The notes under the pieces: generated by a model | What the model saw: only the letters and a program-made list of their open reading frames with translations | What the model was told of the DNA's origin: nothing | Database searches by the model: none | Assembly: GCA_964383495.1 (NCBI GenBank) | Contig: CAYLHG010000007.1 | Location: 2,861 to 66,860, forward strand | Direction of reading: 5' to 3' | Length of the DNA stretch: 64,000 nt | Source: an uncultured Gammaproteobacteria bacterium | GTDB taxonomy: Bacteria > Pseudomonadota > Gammaproteobacteria > JABCZS01 | In this document: one piece after another, positions 46,831 through 56,949 of the stretch | Position numbering within the stretch: position 1 is the first letter of the stretch | Layout of the letters: the number at the start of each line of letters is the position of its first letter | Translations under genes and position numbers: made by a program

Positions 46831-47379
46831 TTACCGCACAAACTCCCCCGTCACACCATCAATAATACGGGTGGGTGAGCTTAAATCACCCAACTCCCCC
46901 GCCATAACAGCCGGGCAAACATGAAATGCTTGCAACAAAGCTTCTACACTTCGTGCCGGAGGTTCACCCTCACGGTTTGCGCTAGTAGAAACTAACGCAC
47001 CACCAAAACTTTTACACAGATCCCTTAACACAGGGTGCGCCGTGATACGCACTGCCAATGTATTGTGTTTGCCGCGCAATAAAGAAGGAACATTTAGTTT
47101 GGCAGGGACTATCCATGTGTATGGGCCGGGCCACGTAGGCAAAATGCGTAAAGCCATTTCAGGAGTGAAAGGCTCAATCCACGGAGATAACGCTTCTAAT
47201 GTATGGGAAACCAAGATAAACCCTTTGGAAGGGTCGCGTGCTTTAAGGTTTATCAGCGCGCGTAATGCGGATTCTTGGCGTGGATCAACACTCAACCCGT
47301 AAACGGATTCTGTAGGCACCGCAACAACTTGGCCGGCATGAAGAAGGGCTAATGCGTCGTTGAGATCAATACCTAGCAT
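46831..47379 (-). CDS. tsaC: L-threonylcarbamoyladenylate synthase, type 1 (YrdC/TsaC)
   Basis: The motifs VVAVPTESVYGL, KGFILV, PGPYTWIVP and LVSTSANREGEPP are present. Length is 182 aa. Confidence 0.85.
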   Translation of the reverse strand: MLGIDLNDALALLHAGQVVAVPTESVYGLSVDPRQESALRALINLKARDPSKGFILVSHTLEALSPWIEPFTPEMALRILPTWPGPYTWIVPAKLNVPSLLRGKHNTLAVRITAHPVLRDLCKSFGGALVSTSANREGEPPARSVEALLQAFHVCPAVMAGELGDLSSPTRIIDGVTGEFVR

Positions 47380-47464
47380 ATTCTACCTCGTAACTTTTTC
47401 AGATCCCAAAGACCCCCGCATAGTGTAAAAGAGGCAAGGGTAAGGAGGCAGCTGCTATTCCCAG

Positions 47465-48895
47465 TTATCCTTTGGAAAACATCTCCTGCCCATCAAACTT
47501 ATAAAGCTGCTCAGTCTTGATAAAATCTACATGATGAGCAACCAGTTTTTCTAATAAGGCAACCACATCTTTGTTTTGAATCGCAGATTTTGCTTCAAAA
47601 CGTGCGCGCCAATGCGTTGTGCAGAAAGTTTCTGCCATACCACCTGGCCATACATTGCTACCACGGTTGCCAATACTGCTCAATGTCAAACCAGCAGTCT
47701 CAGAAGCTTGCAATGCCTTTACTAATCCTTCCAAATCATCTGCTTTCCAATACACAAATACGTCAACACCTACTAGTTCACGTAGCTTCACTTCAGTGTT
47801 GATTGTCAATGTACGTAATTGCTCAGCCTCACGGTTTACGTAGTGCGCAGGCTTTAAAATTTTAGGCGTTTGTCCTAAATGTGCAATCACGGCATCTGCA
47901 AAGGCTTTTGTACCAACTTTCTGTTTGCTCGTGGCCTCATTGTAAATATCATAAGTATGAATGCCTTCTTCTAAAGTTGACAGCCAAGCATTTTGTACAC
48001 GCGTTGCAATAGCTGCTTGCCCAATATGCACAAGCATCATGATAGCACCTTGTAATAATCCAGATGGGTTTGCCATATCTTGCCCTGCGCGTCTCGGTGC
48101 TGAACCGTGAATCGCTTCAAACATAGAGCAAGAATCGCCAATATTGGCAGAGCCAGCCAAACCAACAGAACCTGCAATTTCAGCAGCAACGTCAGATAAA
48201 ATATCGCCATATAAATTTGGCATCACAATCACATCAAATTGCTCTGGTTTATCCGCTAATTTAGCAGCACCAATATCTACAATCCAATGCTCGTTTTCAA
48301 TCGTGGGATATTCTTTTGCAATTGTGTCGAAAATTTTATGGAAAAGACCATCCGTCATTTTCATGATGTTGTCTTTTGAAAAACAAGTTACTTTTTTGCG
48401 ATTGTTATTTAATGCATACTCAAACGCATAACGAATAATTTTTTCTGTACCAGGAACGCTGATCAACTTCAAGCATTGAACCATGTCAGGCGTTTGCTGA
48501 TGCTCGATACCCGCATATAAATCTTCTTCATTTTCACGCACAATCACAACATTCATATCAGGATGCAATGTTTGCACAAACGGTGCGTAAGAAGTACAAG
48601 GACGCACATTAGCATACATGCCAAATGCTTTTCTAACTGTTACATTCAAACTTTTAAAACCACCACCTTGAGGGGTGGTAATAGGCGCTTTCAAAAACAC
48701 TTTGGTTCGTAATAATGATTCCCACGCTTCAGGGTGAATACCCCCTTTAACGCCCTCATTATAGACCTTTTCGCCAATCTCAATGACTTCAATATCTAGC
48801 TGAGCCCCCGCTGCCTCTAAAACGCGCAGGGTAGCATCCATAATTTCTGGGCCAATGCCATCGCCATAGGCAACTGTAATAGGGGTGCGTTTCAT
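47465..48895 (-). CDS. icd: NADP-dependent isocitrate dehydrogenase (IDH/IMDH family with a ~130-aa C-terminal extension)
   Basis: The motifs ITVAYGDGIGPEIM, SLNVTVRK, VIVRENEEDLYAG, NLYGDILSD and GSAPR are present. I prefer the ATG at 48895 (MKRTPITV). Confidence 0.9.
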   Translation of the reverse strand: MKRTPITVAYGDGIGPEIMDATLRVLEAAGAQLDIEVIEIGEKVYNEGVKGGIHPEAWESLLRTKVFLKAPITTPQGGGFKSLNVTVRKAFGMYANVRPCTSYAPFVQTLHPDMNVVIVRENEEDLYAGIEHQQTPDMVQCLKLISVPGTEKIIRYAFEYALNNNRKKVTCFSKDNIMKMTDGLFHKIFDTIAKEYPTIENEHWIVDIGAAKLADKPEQFDVIVMPNLYGDILSDVAAEIAGSVGLAGSANIGDSCSMFEAIHGSAPRRAGQDMANPSGLLQGAIMMLVHIGQAAIATRVQNAWLSTLEEGIHTYDIYNEATSKQKVGTKAFADAVIAHLGQTPKILKPAHYVNREAEQLRTLTINTEVKLRELVGVDVFVYWKADDLEGLVKALQASETAGLTLSSIGNRGSNVWPGGMAETFCTTHWRARFEAKSAIQNKDVVALLEKLVAHHVDFIKTEQLYKFDGQEMFSKG

Positions 48896-48940
48896 ATATT
48901 TCTCTCCAAGTAAAAGCTGTGCCATTGTACCATAAAATAG

Positions 48941-49645
48941 CTAATTTTTTATGCGCTTACTCCGGTATAAATTCAAGCTTTCCACCAACACTGAAAAGCC
49001 CATAGCAAAATAAATATAACCTTTAGGCACGTGCATATGAAAACCCTCGATAATTAAAACACCGCCCACTAATAATAAAAATGCTAATGCAAGCATCTTG
49101 ATGGTCGGGTGGCGCTCAATAAAAATGGTTAAAGGCTCACTGACAAAAATCATCGCAATAATGGCAATCGTAATGGCTACAGCCATTACCCAATATTGCT
49201 GCGTCAAACCAATGGCTGTAAGAACACTATCAAGTGAAAAAACAACATCCAACAAAGCAATTTGCACAATTACTATCAGAAATTTTTTTGATTTTGTCAC
49301 TGCTTTTTCCATGCCACGCGGCTCAATCAAGTTACGAATTTCTTCCGTAGCTTTCACTAACAAAAATATTCCTCCAGCAAGCAGAAACACATCCCTTCCT
49401 GAAAATTCAAAATCAAAAACGGTTATAAAAGGAGCAGTTAATTTCGTTAACCATACAGCAGAAGCCAATAGCATCAAACGGGTTACCCACGCCAAGGTTA
49501 AACCAAAACGCCGTGCAGATTTACGTTGCTCCTGGGGTAAACGCTCTGTCATAATGGCTAAAAAAATTAAATTATCAATACCCAGCACCACTTCAAGCAC
49601 TGTTAATGCTATTAAGGCTAAGCCAAAATCTAAAAAATGTTCCAT
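48941..49645 (-). CDS. TerC-family integral membrane protein
   Basis: The 234-aa product has about seven TM segments and the GIDNLIFL and SLDSV motifs typical of the TerC family. Confidence 0.85.
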   Translation of the reverse strand: MEHFLDFGLALIALTVLEVVLGIDNLIFLAIMTERLPQEQRKSARRFGLTLAWVTRLMLLASAVWLTKLTAPFITVFDFEFSGRDVFLLAGGIFLLVKATEEIRNLIEPRGMEKAVTKSKKFLIVIVQIALLDVVFSLDSVLTAIGLTQQYWVMAVAITIAIIAMIFVSEPLTIFIERHPTIKMLALAFLLLVGGVLIIEGFHMHVPKGYIYFAMGFSVLVESLNLYRSKRIKN

Positions 49646-49657
49646 TATTACTTTTCC

Positions 49658-50314
49658 TTATCGATATGCTTTATAAACAGCCGTTAATTCATTAGACAAT
49701 GTAACTGCATCATGTGGAGCTGTAAAAATAGCTTGAATAGCGCCACGGGGATTGATCAAAATAATGCTTGTCGAATGTTCCATCACGTAATTTTCAGGAT
49801 GAGCATCATCTAAAATCATTTTGTCATAAGCAATCCCTGTTTGTCGTGTTAATTGTTGGAGTGATTCATCACTTCCTGTTGCCCCCATGAAATTAGGATT
49901 GAAGTAATCAATATATTTTTTCATGGCCTCTATTTTGTCACGCGCAGGATCTACTGACACAAAAACAACTTCCGGCGCTTTGAATTTTGGTGATGTTTTT
50001 TTGAAATCCTCAATCGCCGTATTCAATAAGGCCAACGTAGTGGGGCAAACATCTGGACAATGTGTGAACCCAAAAAACATCAATGTCCAATGCCCTAATA
50101 AATCTTCATCCGTAAATGATTTTCCTCGCGTACTTTTTAACTGAAAAGGGTTCAAATAATTAGGCTCAGTAAAATAAATACCGTGAATTGAAACAGCCTG
50201 CTGCATACCTGGTTCATTTGCTCTTGGAAATAACATATAAATTGCTACCGCCACCAACCCCACCAATATTGCAACAGGTAAGGTTGTTTGAACCCATTTT
50301 TTAAAAAATACCAT
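49658..50314 (-). CDS. SCO1/SenC copper chaperone (thioredoxin fold)
   Basis: It has an N-terminal TM anchor, FGFTHCPDVCP (CxxxC copper site) and a downstream H in the HST motif. Confidence 0.85.
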   Translation of the reverse strand: MVFFKKWVQTTLPVAILVGLVAVAIYMLFPRANEPGMQQAVSIHGIYFTEPNYLNPFQLKSTRGKSFTDEDLLGHWTLMFFGFTHCPDVCPTTLALLNTAIEDFKKTSPKFKAPEVVFVSVDPARDKIEAMKKYIDYFNPNFMGATGSDESLQQLTRQTGIAYDKMILDDAHPENYVMEHSTSIILINPRGAIQAIFTAPHDAVTLSNELTAVYKAYR

Positions 50315-50317
50315 TTT

Positions 50318-51178
50318 TTATCCCCACTTTAAATAATGGTCAACCAATAATAAAGTAAATAATACACATAAATAAACATTTGAAAAATGAAAAGTGTAAA
50401 TAGGCATAAAAGGCTCTTCGCTTCTCATCAAGCGTAACACAAACCCTAAGAAAAGCATGTCTAATATCACCGCGCCTATTAAATAAAGCAAATGGCTCAT
50501 GCCTACAATGTACGGCAATATACTAACCACGCACAATAATATTGTATAAAGTAAAATACAGCGCTTTGTAAATAAAATACCGTGAGTCACAGGCAACATC
50601 GGAATGTTAGCTTTTTGATAATCTTTTAAACGATGAAGCGCTAACGACCAAAAATGTGGCGGCGTCCAAACAAAAATAATCAACACAAGCAATAGGGCAT
50701 GGGGAGATACGCTATTGGTAACAGCAGCCCAACCCAATAAAGGCGGTGTTGCGCCTGCTAAACCCCCAATCACAATATTCTGGGGAGTGAGGCGTTTTAA
50801 TATCCCTGTATAAATTCCTGCATAACCAATTAAACTGGCAAAACTTAATATAGCTGTCAATGTATTCACGTACACAGATAAAATCGTCATACTTATCACC
50901 GTTAATATTACGGCAAAAATAATGGCTTGTTTTTCTGTAATTTGCTGCATCGGTAATGGGCGGTTTTGCGTGCGACGCATCACACTATCTGCTTTTTGAT
51001 CAGCAATATGATTTAACACTGCTGCAGCTGCGGCTGCTAATCCAATGCCCACCGTACCACAAATTAAAATACGCAAAGGAACAAATGTGTCTGTAGCCAA
51101 AAACATCCCAACCAGCGATGTGATCAGCATCAATACCACGACTTTGGGTTTCGTTAATGCAATATAATAATTAAACAT
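50318..51178 (-). CDS. cyoE: Protoheme IX farnesyltransferase (heme O synthase)
   Basis: This is a UbiA-family protein with LNHIADQKADSVMRRTQNRPLP (NxxxDxxxD...R..RP) and multiple TM helices. I prefer the ATG at 51178. Confidence 0.9.
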   Translation of the reverse strand: MFNYYIALTKPKVVVLMLITSLVGMFLATDTFVPLRILICGTVGIGLAAAAAAVLNHIADQKADSVMRRTQNRPLPMQQITEKQAIIFAVILTVISMTILSVYVNTLTAILSFASLIGYAGIYTGILKRLTPQNIVIGGLAGATPPLLGWAAVTNSVSPHALLLVLIIFVWTPPHFWSLALHRLKDYQKANIPMLPVTHGILFTKRCILLYTILLCVVSILPYIVGMSHLLYLIGAVILDMLFLGFVLRLMRSEEPFMPIYTFHFSNVYLCVLFTLLLVDHYLKWG

Positions 51179-52121
51179 CTTTCCTCCGTGCTTCACTACA
51201 GAAGAAACATAACGTAATGGTTGATGCTAATAATAATGCTCCAACACCATTGTGTAACACGGCAATGGGGAGAGGCAAAAACAATAGCACGTTGCTGATC
51301 CCCAAACCAACCTGTATGCACAGCAATCCGAACATTGCTATGGCTGGGAAACGTAATGCCTTAACACGCATACTGAAAGCCACTAATAATAACAATAAAG
51401 ACGTAACACACAATGCACCCAGCCGATGCATAAATTGAATTGTCACGCGCACATCATGTGGGAAAACACCACCTTCGTAATTTGTACCAATAGGATGTAT
51501 TAACTGAAATGCTTCTCTTAAATGCAATGCAGGCCACCAGGTTTCCCGACACGTAGGAAAATCTGTACAAGCCATTGCTGCATAGTTTGCAGACGTCCAT
51601 CCACCCAATGCAATTTGAAAGAAAACAAGTGCCACCGCAGCGTAAGCTAAATATTGTAATGATGAATGCACAGAAGTGTCGCTTATAACATGTGTTTTAT
51701 CTTCACGTCTTGTCACCAGAAATGCACACCACAGCAATGCAAAAATCAACATTCCGCCCAACAAATGACCCATCACAACAGTAGGATGTAATTTCCACGT
51801 GACAGTCCACATACCTAATGCGGCTTGGAAAATAACAAGCAAAGAAGTAAAAATCAATAATGTTGTTGCTGCTCGTTTTTTAATAATGCTTGCGATGGTT
51901 AGCCCTGCAATTAATAACCCCAACGTGCCAGCAAAATAACGATGGATCATTTCTGTCCACGCTTTTGTGCTTTCGGCAACATTGTCTGCAACCACCATAT
52001 GACCATAACATCCCGGCCAATCAGGGCAACCCAATCCTGCATCTGTTAAACGTGTGTAAGCCCCTAACATGATCACGCATAGCGCAAAAACACACGCAAT
52101 CAGCAACAACCGACGAAACAT
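51171..52121 (-). CDS. ctaA: Heme A synthase (COX15/CtaA)
   Basis: It has eight TM segments, the GCPDWPGCYG motif and conserved His residues (HR..A, HRLGA). Confidence 0.85.
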   Translation of the reverse strand: MFRRLLLIACVFALCVIMLGAYTRLTDAGLGCPDWPGCYGHMVVADNVAESTKAWTEMIHRYFAGTLGLLIAGLTIASIIKKRAATTLLIFTSLLVIFQAALGMWTVTWKLHPTVVMGHLLGGMLIFALLWCAFLVTRREDKTHVISDTSVHSSLQYLAYAAVALVFFQIALGGWTSANYAAMACTDFPTCRETWWPALHLREAFQLIHPIGTNYEGGVFPHDVRVTIQFMHRLGALCVTSLLLLLVAFSMRVKALRFPAIAMFGLLCIQVGLGISNVLLFLPLPIAVLHNGVGALLLASTITLCFFCSEARRKDV

Positions 52122-52125
52122 AGCG

Positions 52126-52668
52126 TTATCCTATTTGAGAAACTTTCAATAAATGACGCAAATCTAATAATAAACGATTATCTAATGTGACAGGATTATA
52201 ATTCAAAATGACATTACCTAATGGATCCACCAACCATATCGCACAGCCATTTTCCGCCGGCAATGATGCAGGCAACGGCATTCCATGCTGAATAATATAC
52301 ACATCTTTGAATGGGACAGCATCCGTGGCAGATTTTGTAATTAAAATGATACCTAATCGATCTTTCTCTTTCAGCAACGACTCACGGATCGTTTCAAAAT
52401 GATTTAATGCACGCTCACACGCTTCATCGCAACCATTATCACTGTAATATACCATCCACCAGCGATGCTGTTGCTCCGGTAACGTTCCCACTGTACTAAA
52501 CGCAACAGAAGGATGAATAAGTGCACCCACGTTTTTTGTCATAAAATGTAAGCCATCACGCGCCTGGTAGACGAATAATGCAATAATAAAGGGCGCAAGA
52601 AATATCACTAATAATAGCGTTAACTTCCAAGCCTGATTATTTTTTTTCACGATATTTTCTCCATGCAT
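52126..52668 (-). CDS. Hypothetical membrane-anchored protein within the cytochrome-oxidase biogenesis cluster
   Basis: The 180-aa product has one N-terminal TM helix and a soluble domain with a CDEAC pair. It sits between the SURF1 and ctaA genes. I recognise no family. Confidence 0.5.
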   Translation of the reverse strand: MHGENIVKKNNQAWKLTLLLVIFLAPFIIALFVYQARDGLHFMTKNVGALIHPSVAFSTVGTLPEQQHRWWMVYYSDNGCDEACERALNHFETIRESLLKEKDRLGIILITKSATDAVPFKDVYIIQHGMPLPASLPAENGCAIWLVDPLGNVILNYNPVTLDNRLLLDLRHLLKVSQIG

Positions 52669-53365
52669 TCACAGACAACACACCATAAATCACCACCAAA
52701 CAAGCTGCCATTGCAAACCATTGCACGGCGTAACCATAATGTTTCTCAGGTGGCATTACCACTATTTCCCATTCCCTGATCAGACCATCGTGCAAATCCG
52801 TTTCCGCCAATATTACCACTGGCAGCGCGCGCTTCCCCGTCACAGCAGACAACTCATCCACATCGAGACGCTGTATTTCAAGAGGGCGTTTGGTGGGAAA
52901 CAAAATGTTCTCGCCAAGAATAAACCGGTCCGGCTCAGGCAGGTCTATTATGCCACGGATCCGCAAAGACTGGGTAGGGGGCGGGGGGATTTCATTTTTA
53001 TGTCTAACTGACAAAAACCCTCGATCTACCCACAGGGGCAGCCCCCCTGAAACAGGCTGAAACAGGGTGAGCACATGATACCCCACATCTTGCGCCTGCA
53101 TTTGGTGCATGAGCAATACGTCTTCCCCTTGAATAAAATCTCCTTCTAGCTCAATACCATGAAACTGATAGCCTCGCGGATCTGGCAAAATTTGAGCAAG
53201 AGAAAAAGGGGTTTCATGGGTACTGGCAGACAAAGCCGCTAACATGGCTTCCTTTTCATGTGCGCGAGAGAGTTGCCAAACGCCCAAAGAGATGAGCAAA
53301 GGGAAAACCACCAAGAAGGCAAGCACGGGCAGCCCGTTGAGGAAAAGTCGTTTTAATACACTCAA
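52637..53365 (-). CDS. SURF1-family cytochrome oxidase assembly protein
   Basis: It has N- and C-terminal TM helices, LGVWQL.R...K near the N-terminus and YAVQWF near the C-terminus. Confidence 0.8.
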   Translation of the reverse strand: MSVLKRLFLNGLPVLAFLVVFPLLISLGVWQLSRAHEKEAMLAALSASTHETPFSLAQILPDPRGYQFHGIELEGDFIQGEDVLLMHQMQAQDVGYHVLTLFQPVSGGLPLWVDRGFLSVRHKNEIPPPPTQSLRIRGIIDLPEPDRFILGENILFPTKRPLEIQRLDVDELSAVTGKRALPVVILAETDLHDGLIREWEIVVMPPEKHYGYAVQWFAMAACLVVIYGVLSVNAWRKYREKK

Positions 53366-53425
53366 GGAAAACCTCTGGTTGCTATAGGATGGAAGGATTA
53401 TATCATTGAGGGAGCTTTACCATGA

Positions 53426-53635
53426 CTAGACAGGGTGTGGCACAATCCATCCCATATAGAACGAAAACACTAATAGAAAGATAAGCAATAAGCTTAACGC
53501 GACGCGTATTATAAGCGAGCGCAGCGCCTTTTGCGAATGCCCATCTTCTTTCATCAAAAAAAATAACCCTGAAAAAAGGGCAACAACAATCAGAATTAAA
53601 ATGGTCAGTAAAGCTATTTTCATAGCACTCTCCAA
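53426..53635 (-). CDS. Twin-TM small protein (DUF2909-like), cytochrome-oxidase-cluster associated
   Basis: The 69-aa product (or 65 aa from MKIALL) has two hydrophobic helices. Its position upstream of SURF1 is the usual one in such clusters. Confidence 0.55.
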   Translation of the reverse strand: MESAMKIALLTILILIVVALFSGLFFLMKEDGHSQKALRSLIIRVALSLLLIFLLVFSFYMGWIVPHPV

Positions 53636-53651
53636 ATTAAGTGTTCACCTA

Positions 53652-53783
53652 CTACGAAAACTGATAAGCAATTGTAGCCAATATTGAAAGCACAAAAATG
53701 ATGCCCACAATTTGAATAATGCTCAATCCAAACACACCATATTTTTTGCGTAGCGCTTTAGTATCAAACGGCTTTTTTTCCAT
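53652..53783 (-). CDS. Possible small single-TM protein (below the ORF-track length cut-off)
   Basis: It reads MEKKPFDTKALRKKYGVFGLSIIQIVGIIFVLSILATIAYQFS*. GAGGAA lies ~7 nt upstream of this ATG, and another in-frame ATG lies at 53789. The call is based on the sequence alone. Confidence 0.3.
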   Translation of the reverse strand: MEKKPFDTKALRKKYGVFGLSIIQIVGIIFVLSILATIAYQFS

Positions 53784-53793
53784 TTTCATTTCC

Positions 53794-54456
53794 TCACTCT
53801 GGTTTTATCGTCTTCACACCTGCGGCGCCTGCGACTAATATCACATCTGCATGGCGTTTCGCAAAAATTCCATTGCACACTACTCCCGGAATTTGGTTAA
53901 TGGTTTCTTCCATTTCCACAGGATTTAATATTTTAAAATTATACATGTCAATAATCATATTACCATGATCGGTTGAAGCTCCCTCGCGCAATGCAGGATC
54001 ACCACCCAATTTGATGAGTTGTCTCGCAACACTGCTGCGAGCCATCGGTAACACTTCTACGGGAAGTGGAAATTTACCCAATACATCTACCCATTTGCTT
54101 TCATCAATCATACATATAAATTTTCGACAAAAGCTTGCCACAATTTTTTCGCCGGTTAATGCCCCGCCGCCACCTTTAATTAAATATCCAAAACGGTTTG
54201 CTTCATCAGCGCCATCAACATATAATGACAAATCTCCTGCAACATTAGAGTCAATCACACGTATGCCGATTGCTTTCAAACGTTTTGCAGTTTCTGCAGA
54301 ACTCGCGACAGCTCCTTCCAATTCAAAGGGCAATGTTTTCAACGCTTCTATAAAAAAATTTACAGTAGAGCCTGTTCCTACACCAATGACCATTCCTTCT
54401 TCAATATATTTTAATGCTGCTTGTGCAACAGCTTTTTTGTACTCATCAACGTTCAT
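53794..54456 (-). CDS. rpiA: Ribose-5-phosphate isomerase A
   Basis: The motifs [25 protein letters not shown] and CNGIF are typical of RpiA. Confidence 0.95.
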   Translation of the reverse strand: MNVDEYKKAVAQAALKYIEEGMVIGVGTGSTVNFFIEALKTLPFELEGAVASSAETAKRLKAIGIRVIDSNVAGDLSLYVDGADEANRFGYLIKGGGGALTGEKIVASFCRKFICMIDESKWVDVLGKFPLPVEVLPMARSSVARQLIKLGGDPALREGASTDHGNMIIDMYNFKILNPVEMEETINQIPGVVCNGIFAKRHADVILVAGAAGVKTIKPE

Positions 54457-54827
54457 TGAGATAATTCCTTAGTTAATAAATGTGTATCTGCCAATAAATA
54501 AGCCTCTACCACTTTCCCCTTGATTAAATGGGTTTGAATAATTTCCTCTAGTACATCCGGGGTACAGCTATGATACCAAACTCCTTCAGGATATACTACG
54601 GCAATAGGACCTTGCATACAAACTCGCAAACAATTTGCTTTTGTTCGGTAAATCCCACCTTGTTCACTTAAACCTAATTCTTTCAACCGTTTTTTTAAAA
54701 AATTCCATGATATTAAACTTGTCTCTTTATCACAACATTTAGGTTTAGTTTGATCACAACATAAAAAAATGTGACGCTTCAGTTGAGGAATACCTAATGA
54801 TTGAATGACATTATTTATCATGATCAA
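54453..54827 (-). CDS. Thioredoxin-like [2Fe-2S] ferredoxin-family protein
   Basis: Cys clusters are [14 protein letters not shown] and CLRVCMQGP, followed by [11 protein letters not shown]. Length is 124 aa. It overlaps rpiA by 4 nt. Confidence 0.6.
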   Translation of the reverse strand: MIMINNVIQSLGIPQLKRHIFLCCDQTKPKCCDKETSLISWNFLKKRLKELGLSEQGGIYRTKANCLRVCMQGPIAVVYPEGVWYHSCTPDVLEEIIQTHLIKGKVVEAYLLADTHLLTKELSQ

Positions 54828-55278
54828 GACCTATAAATTCCCGCAATAATTTCATTGCCTCTTCTATTTTTTCACGATTATTAGGATCGCGGCGCATGGA
54901 TTCACTGCCTTGAAATAAAGGCACCTCTGGCAGCTCAACAGGTGAAGCGCTTAATTCTAACAATCGTGCTTTGCGTGGGGTTAACATGATATTTTTAGAT
55001 TTTTTTGCATGTTGCGTTAAACCTAGTGCTTGACGTGCATCTTGGATTAAACGATCTAATTGTGGTAAAAAAATATTTTCCAATAACTCATCCATGATCG
55101 CATCACCCTGACTGATCAAAGCTTGAGCTACTTGTGTTCGCAAAGATTTTGCACGCGCAGGCAGCAAAGATGTATCTGGTAATTGCGCAGCTAAACGTGT
55201 TTCCAAATCTTGCAGGCGCCGCAACCATTGATGCAAATAAAATCCATCTGAATGTTGAGCACTCGCATGTGTACTCAT
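54811..55278 (-). CDS. Hypothetical protein (helical, no motif recognised)
   Basis: The 155-aa ORF overlaps both neighbours (4 nt upstream, 17 nt downstream), which is consistent with translational coupling within the operon. Confidence 0.45.
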   Translation of the reverse strand: MSTHASAQHSDGFYLHQWLRRLQDLETRLAAQLPDTSLLPARAKSLRTQVAQALISQGDAIMDELLENIFLPQLDRLIQDARQALGLTQHAKKSKNIMLTPRKARLLELSASPVELPEVPLFQGSESMRRDPNNREKIEEAMKLLREFIGLDHDK

Positions 55279-55973
55279 GTGCCAGAATTCTCCACCACAA
55301 AATCAAAATAAATATCAGGGTAAGGTTCATCTATTAGACGATAGTGCCACCACTCTTCATGGTAGCCTTTAAACCCACCTTTTTCCATCGCGCTACGCAA
55401 TAAATCTCGGTTACGTTGTGCTTCAGGTGTAATCAAGGTATTTGTTTGACGAGACACAAGATGAAATAAATCAAAACTTGATCCCATATCTACGGTGTTA
55501 TCGTCTAAAAAAGGAATTTCTTCATGATTACGCAATGTTCTTTCCGTCACAGTTATTTTTTTAAGCGATTCATTCATGGGAATAATCGTCAAATCAAAAG
55601 TACTGCCGCGCGTATGCTCAGATCGCGGCGACACATACCCTTCGCTAAAAATTTGCTGTTTAGTCAAAGTAGGATAATATAATTTTTTAGCTACAGTGTC
55701 GCGCTCATCATCACCCCACTCAACAAAAGCATTCGCAGCACGTTGTGGCCTGTATCCATCATACACGACTAAATTAAACCCTTGCTTTTTTAATGCATCA
55801 TGTACTTTTTTTAACGCTATTGCTGCTTTTTCAGTGCAAATAATACGATTCACCGCATATCCTGGCACCTGTTTTTCTAAAAAATTTTCCGGCCCATAAT
55901 ACCGAACATTTTCGATCACAGTAGGATCAACGTCAGATAGAAATACAAAACCTTCTGGCAATTTTTGAGACAT
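55275..55973 (-). CDS. ddpX: D-alanyl-D-alanine dipeptidase (VanX/DdpX, peptidase M15D)
   Basis: The motifs YDGYRPQRA, SEHTRGSTFDLT (SxHxxGxAxD) and EWWHY are present. I prefer the ATG at 55973, which has AAGGAA upstream. The ORF track extends to 56039, adding a hydrophobic 22-aa leader. Confidence 0.85.
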   Translation of the reverse strand: MSQKLPEGFVFLSDVDPTVIENVRYYGPENFLEKQVPGYAVNRIICTEKAAIALKKVHDALKKQGFNLVVYDGYRPQRAANAFVEWGDDERDTVAKKLYYPTLTKQQIFSEGYVSPRSEHTRGSTFDLTIIPMNESLKKITVTERTLRNHEEIPFLDDNTVDMGSSFDLFHLVSRQTNTLITPEAQRNRDLLRSAMEKGGFKGYHEEWWHYRLIDEPYPDIYFDFVVENSGT

Positions 55974-56102
55974 CGCTATTCCTTGTTGGCTCAGTATTAT
56001 CATGCTGCACCATAATATGTTCATGCACCATTTTAACATTCAGCACCACTTGCTAACCTATCAATAATCGTCATAACTTGAAATTGCGCGACAGGCTGGA
56101 AT

Positions 56103-56765
56103 TTACACATCTGATTCCGCGACCACTTCCTCATCGTATAATCCTGGTGTTGGCGTTCCATATACATTTTCTAATGTATTATCGGCGCGTAATATCCGAA
56201 TTGCACGAATGGGGTTGCTTAAATCATGTGCAGCTCTGATATCTGAATCTGAATCACCATAATAAATTTGAATGTCCCGTTCTTTAATGGCTGGCACTTT
56301 GAGATTGACTCCGGGTTGGTAGCCGACAAACACGACAGACGCTAATTCAGGCGCATTGAATAAATCACGTAATACATTTGATAATGTTTCGCTTTTCGTC
56401 CCTGTACGTGCGGTAATGAAATAAATAGCATCGCCACGTTCAATGTGCATTTTCACCAATTCAACACCCACACGTTTAGGCAAACTAAATGTGTCTAGAC
56501 GATTTGCACGCTCCCAATAACCTTTCTCCATATTGCATTCTTCTAAAACACCCTCGCACAGTTCTAGTGACAAATGATAAAAACCAGGGCTGCTAAATAA
56601 AACTGTTTCGTCCACGTCAAATCCAACTGCCATGGGTGGCGTGTCTTTCAAACTTTCTTTAATTTCGGCCACCGTCACATATTGAGGATTCTCAGGAGAA
56701 GCAAATGCGCTAAATGTGCATAAAAACAAAGTGAAAACTAGAAAGTAACGTTTTAATGAATACAT
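56103..56765 (-). CDS. aphA: Class B acid phosphatase (AphA-like, HAD/DDDD superfamily), secreted
   Basis: It has a signal peptide, FDVDETVLFSSP (DxDxT) and YYGDSDSDI (the second Asp pair). Confidence 0.75.
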   Translation of the reverse strand: MYSLKRYFLVFTLFLCTFSAFASPENPQYVTVAEIKESLKDTPPMAVGFDVDETVLFSSPGFYHLSLELCEGVLEECNMEKGYWERANRLDTFSLPKRVGVELVKMHIERGDAIYFITARTGTKSETLSNVLRDLFNAPELASVVFVGYQPGVNLKVPAIKERDIQIYYGDSDSDIRAAHDLSNPIRAIRILRADNTLENVYGTPTPGLYDEEVVAESDV

Positions 56766-56949
56766 AATACACCCCTACCAAAAAGATTACCGCACCTATC
56801 TAAGACCCGAGCTTAAGGCCGAGAGGTTTAGAAGCCCGCCCAACCGAACTTACTGTAACATATAGCAATAAATAATAACAATACAATCAAACTGCTACAA
56901 TGATTGGAAGCCGAAAGCTCTTGGTAACTATTTGATTTTAATGTGCTTA

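Noticed and set aside
49098-49676. 192-aa plus-strand ORF across the TerC gene. Similar long antisense ORFs occur at 54011-54472 opposite rpiA, 22836-23210 opposite the GLUG gene, 41559-41969 opposite hemX, and 48144-48431 opposite icd.
   Set aside because: Each lies entirely antisense to a gene with strong family motifs. They have low-complexity or odd composition, no RBS and no recognisable motif, so they are shadow ORFs.
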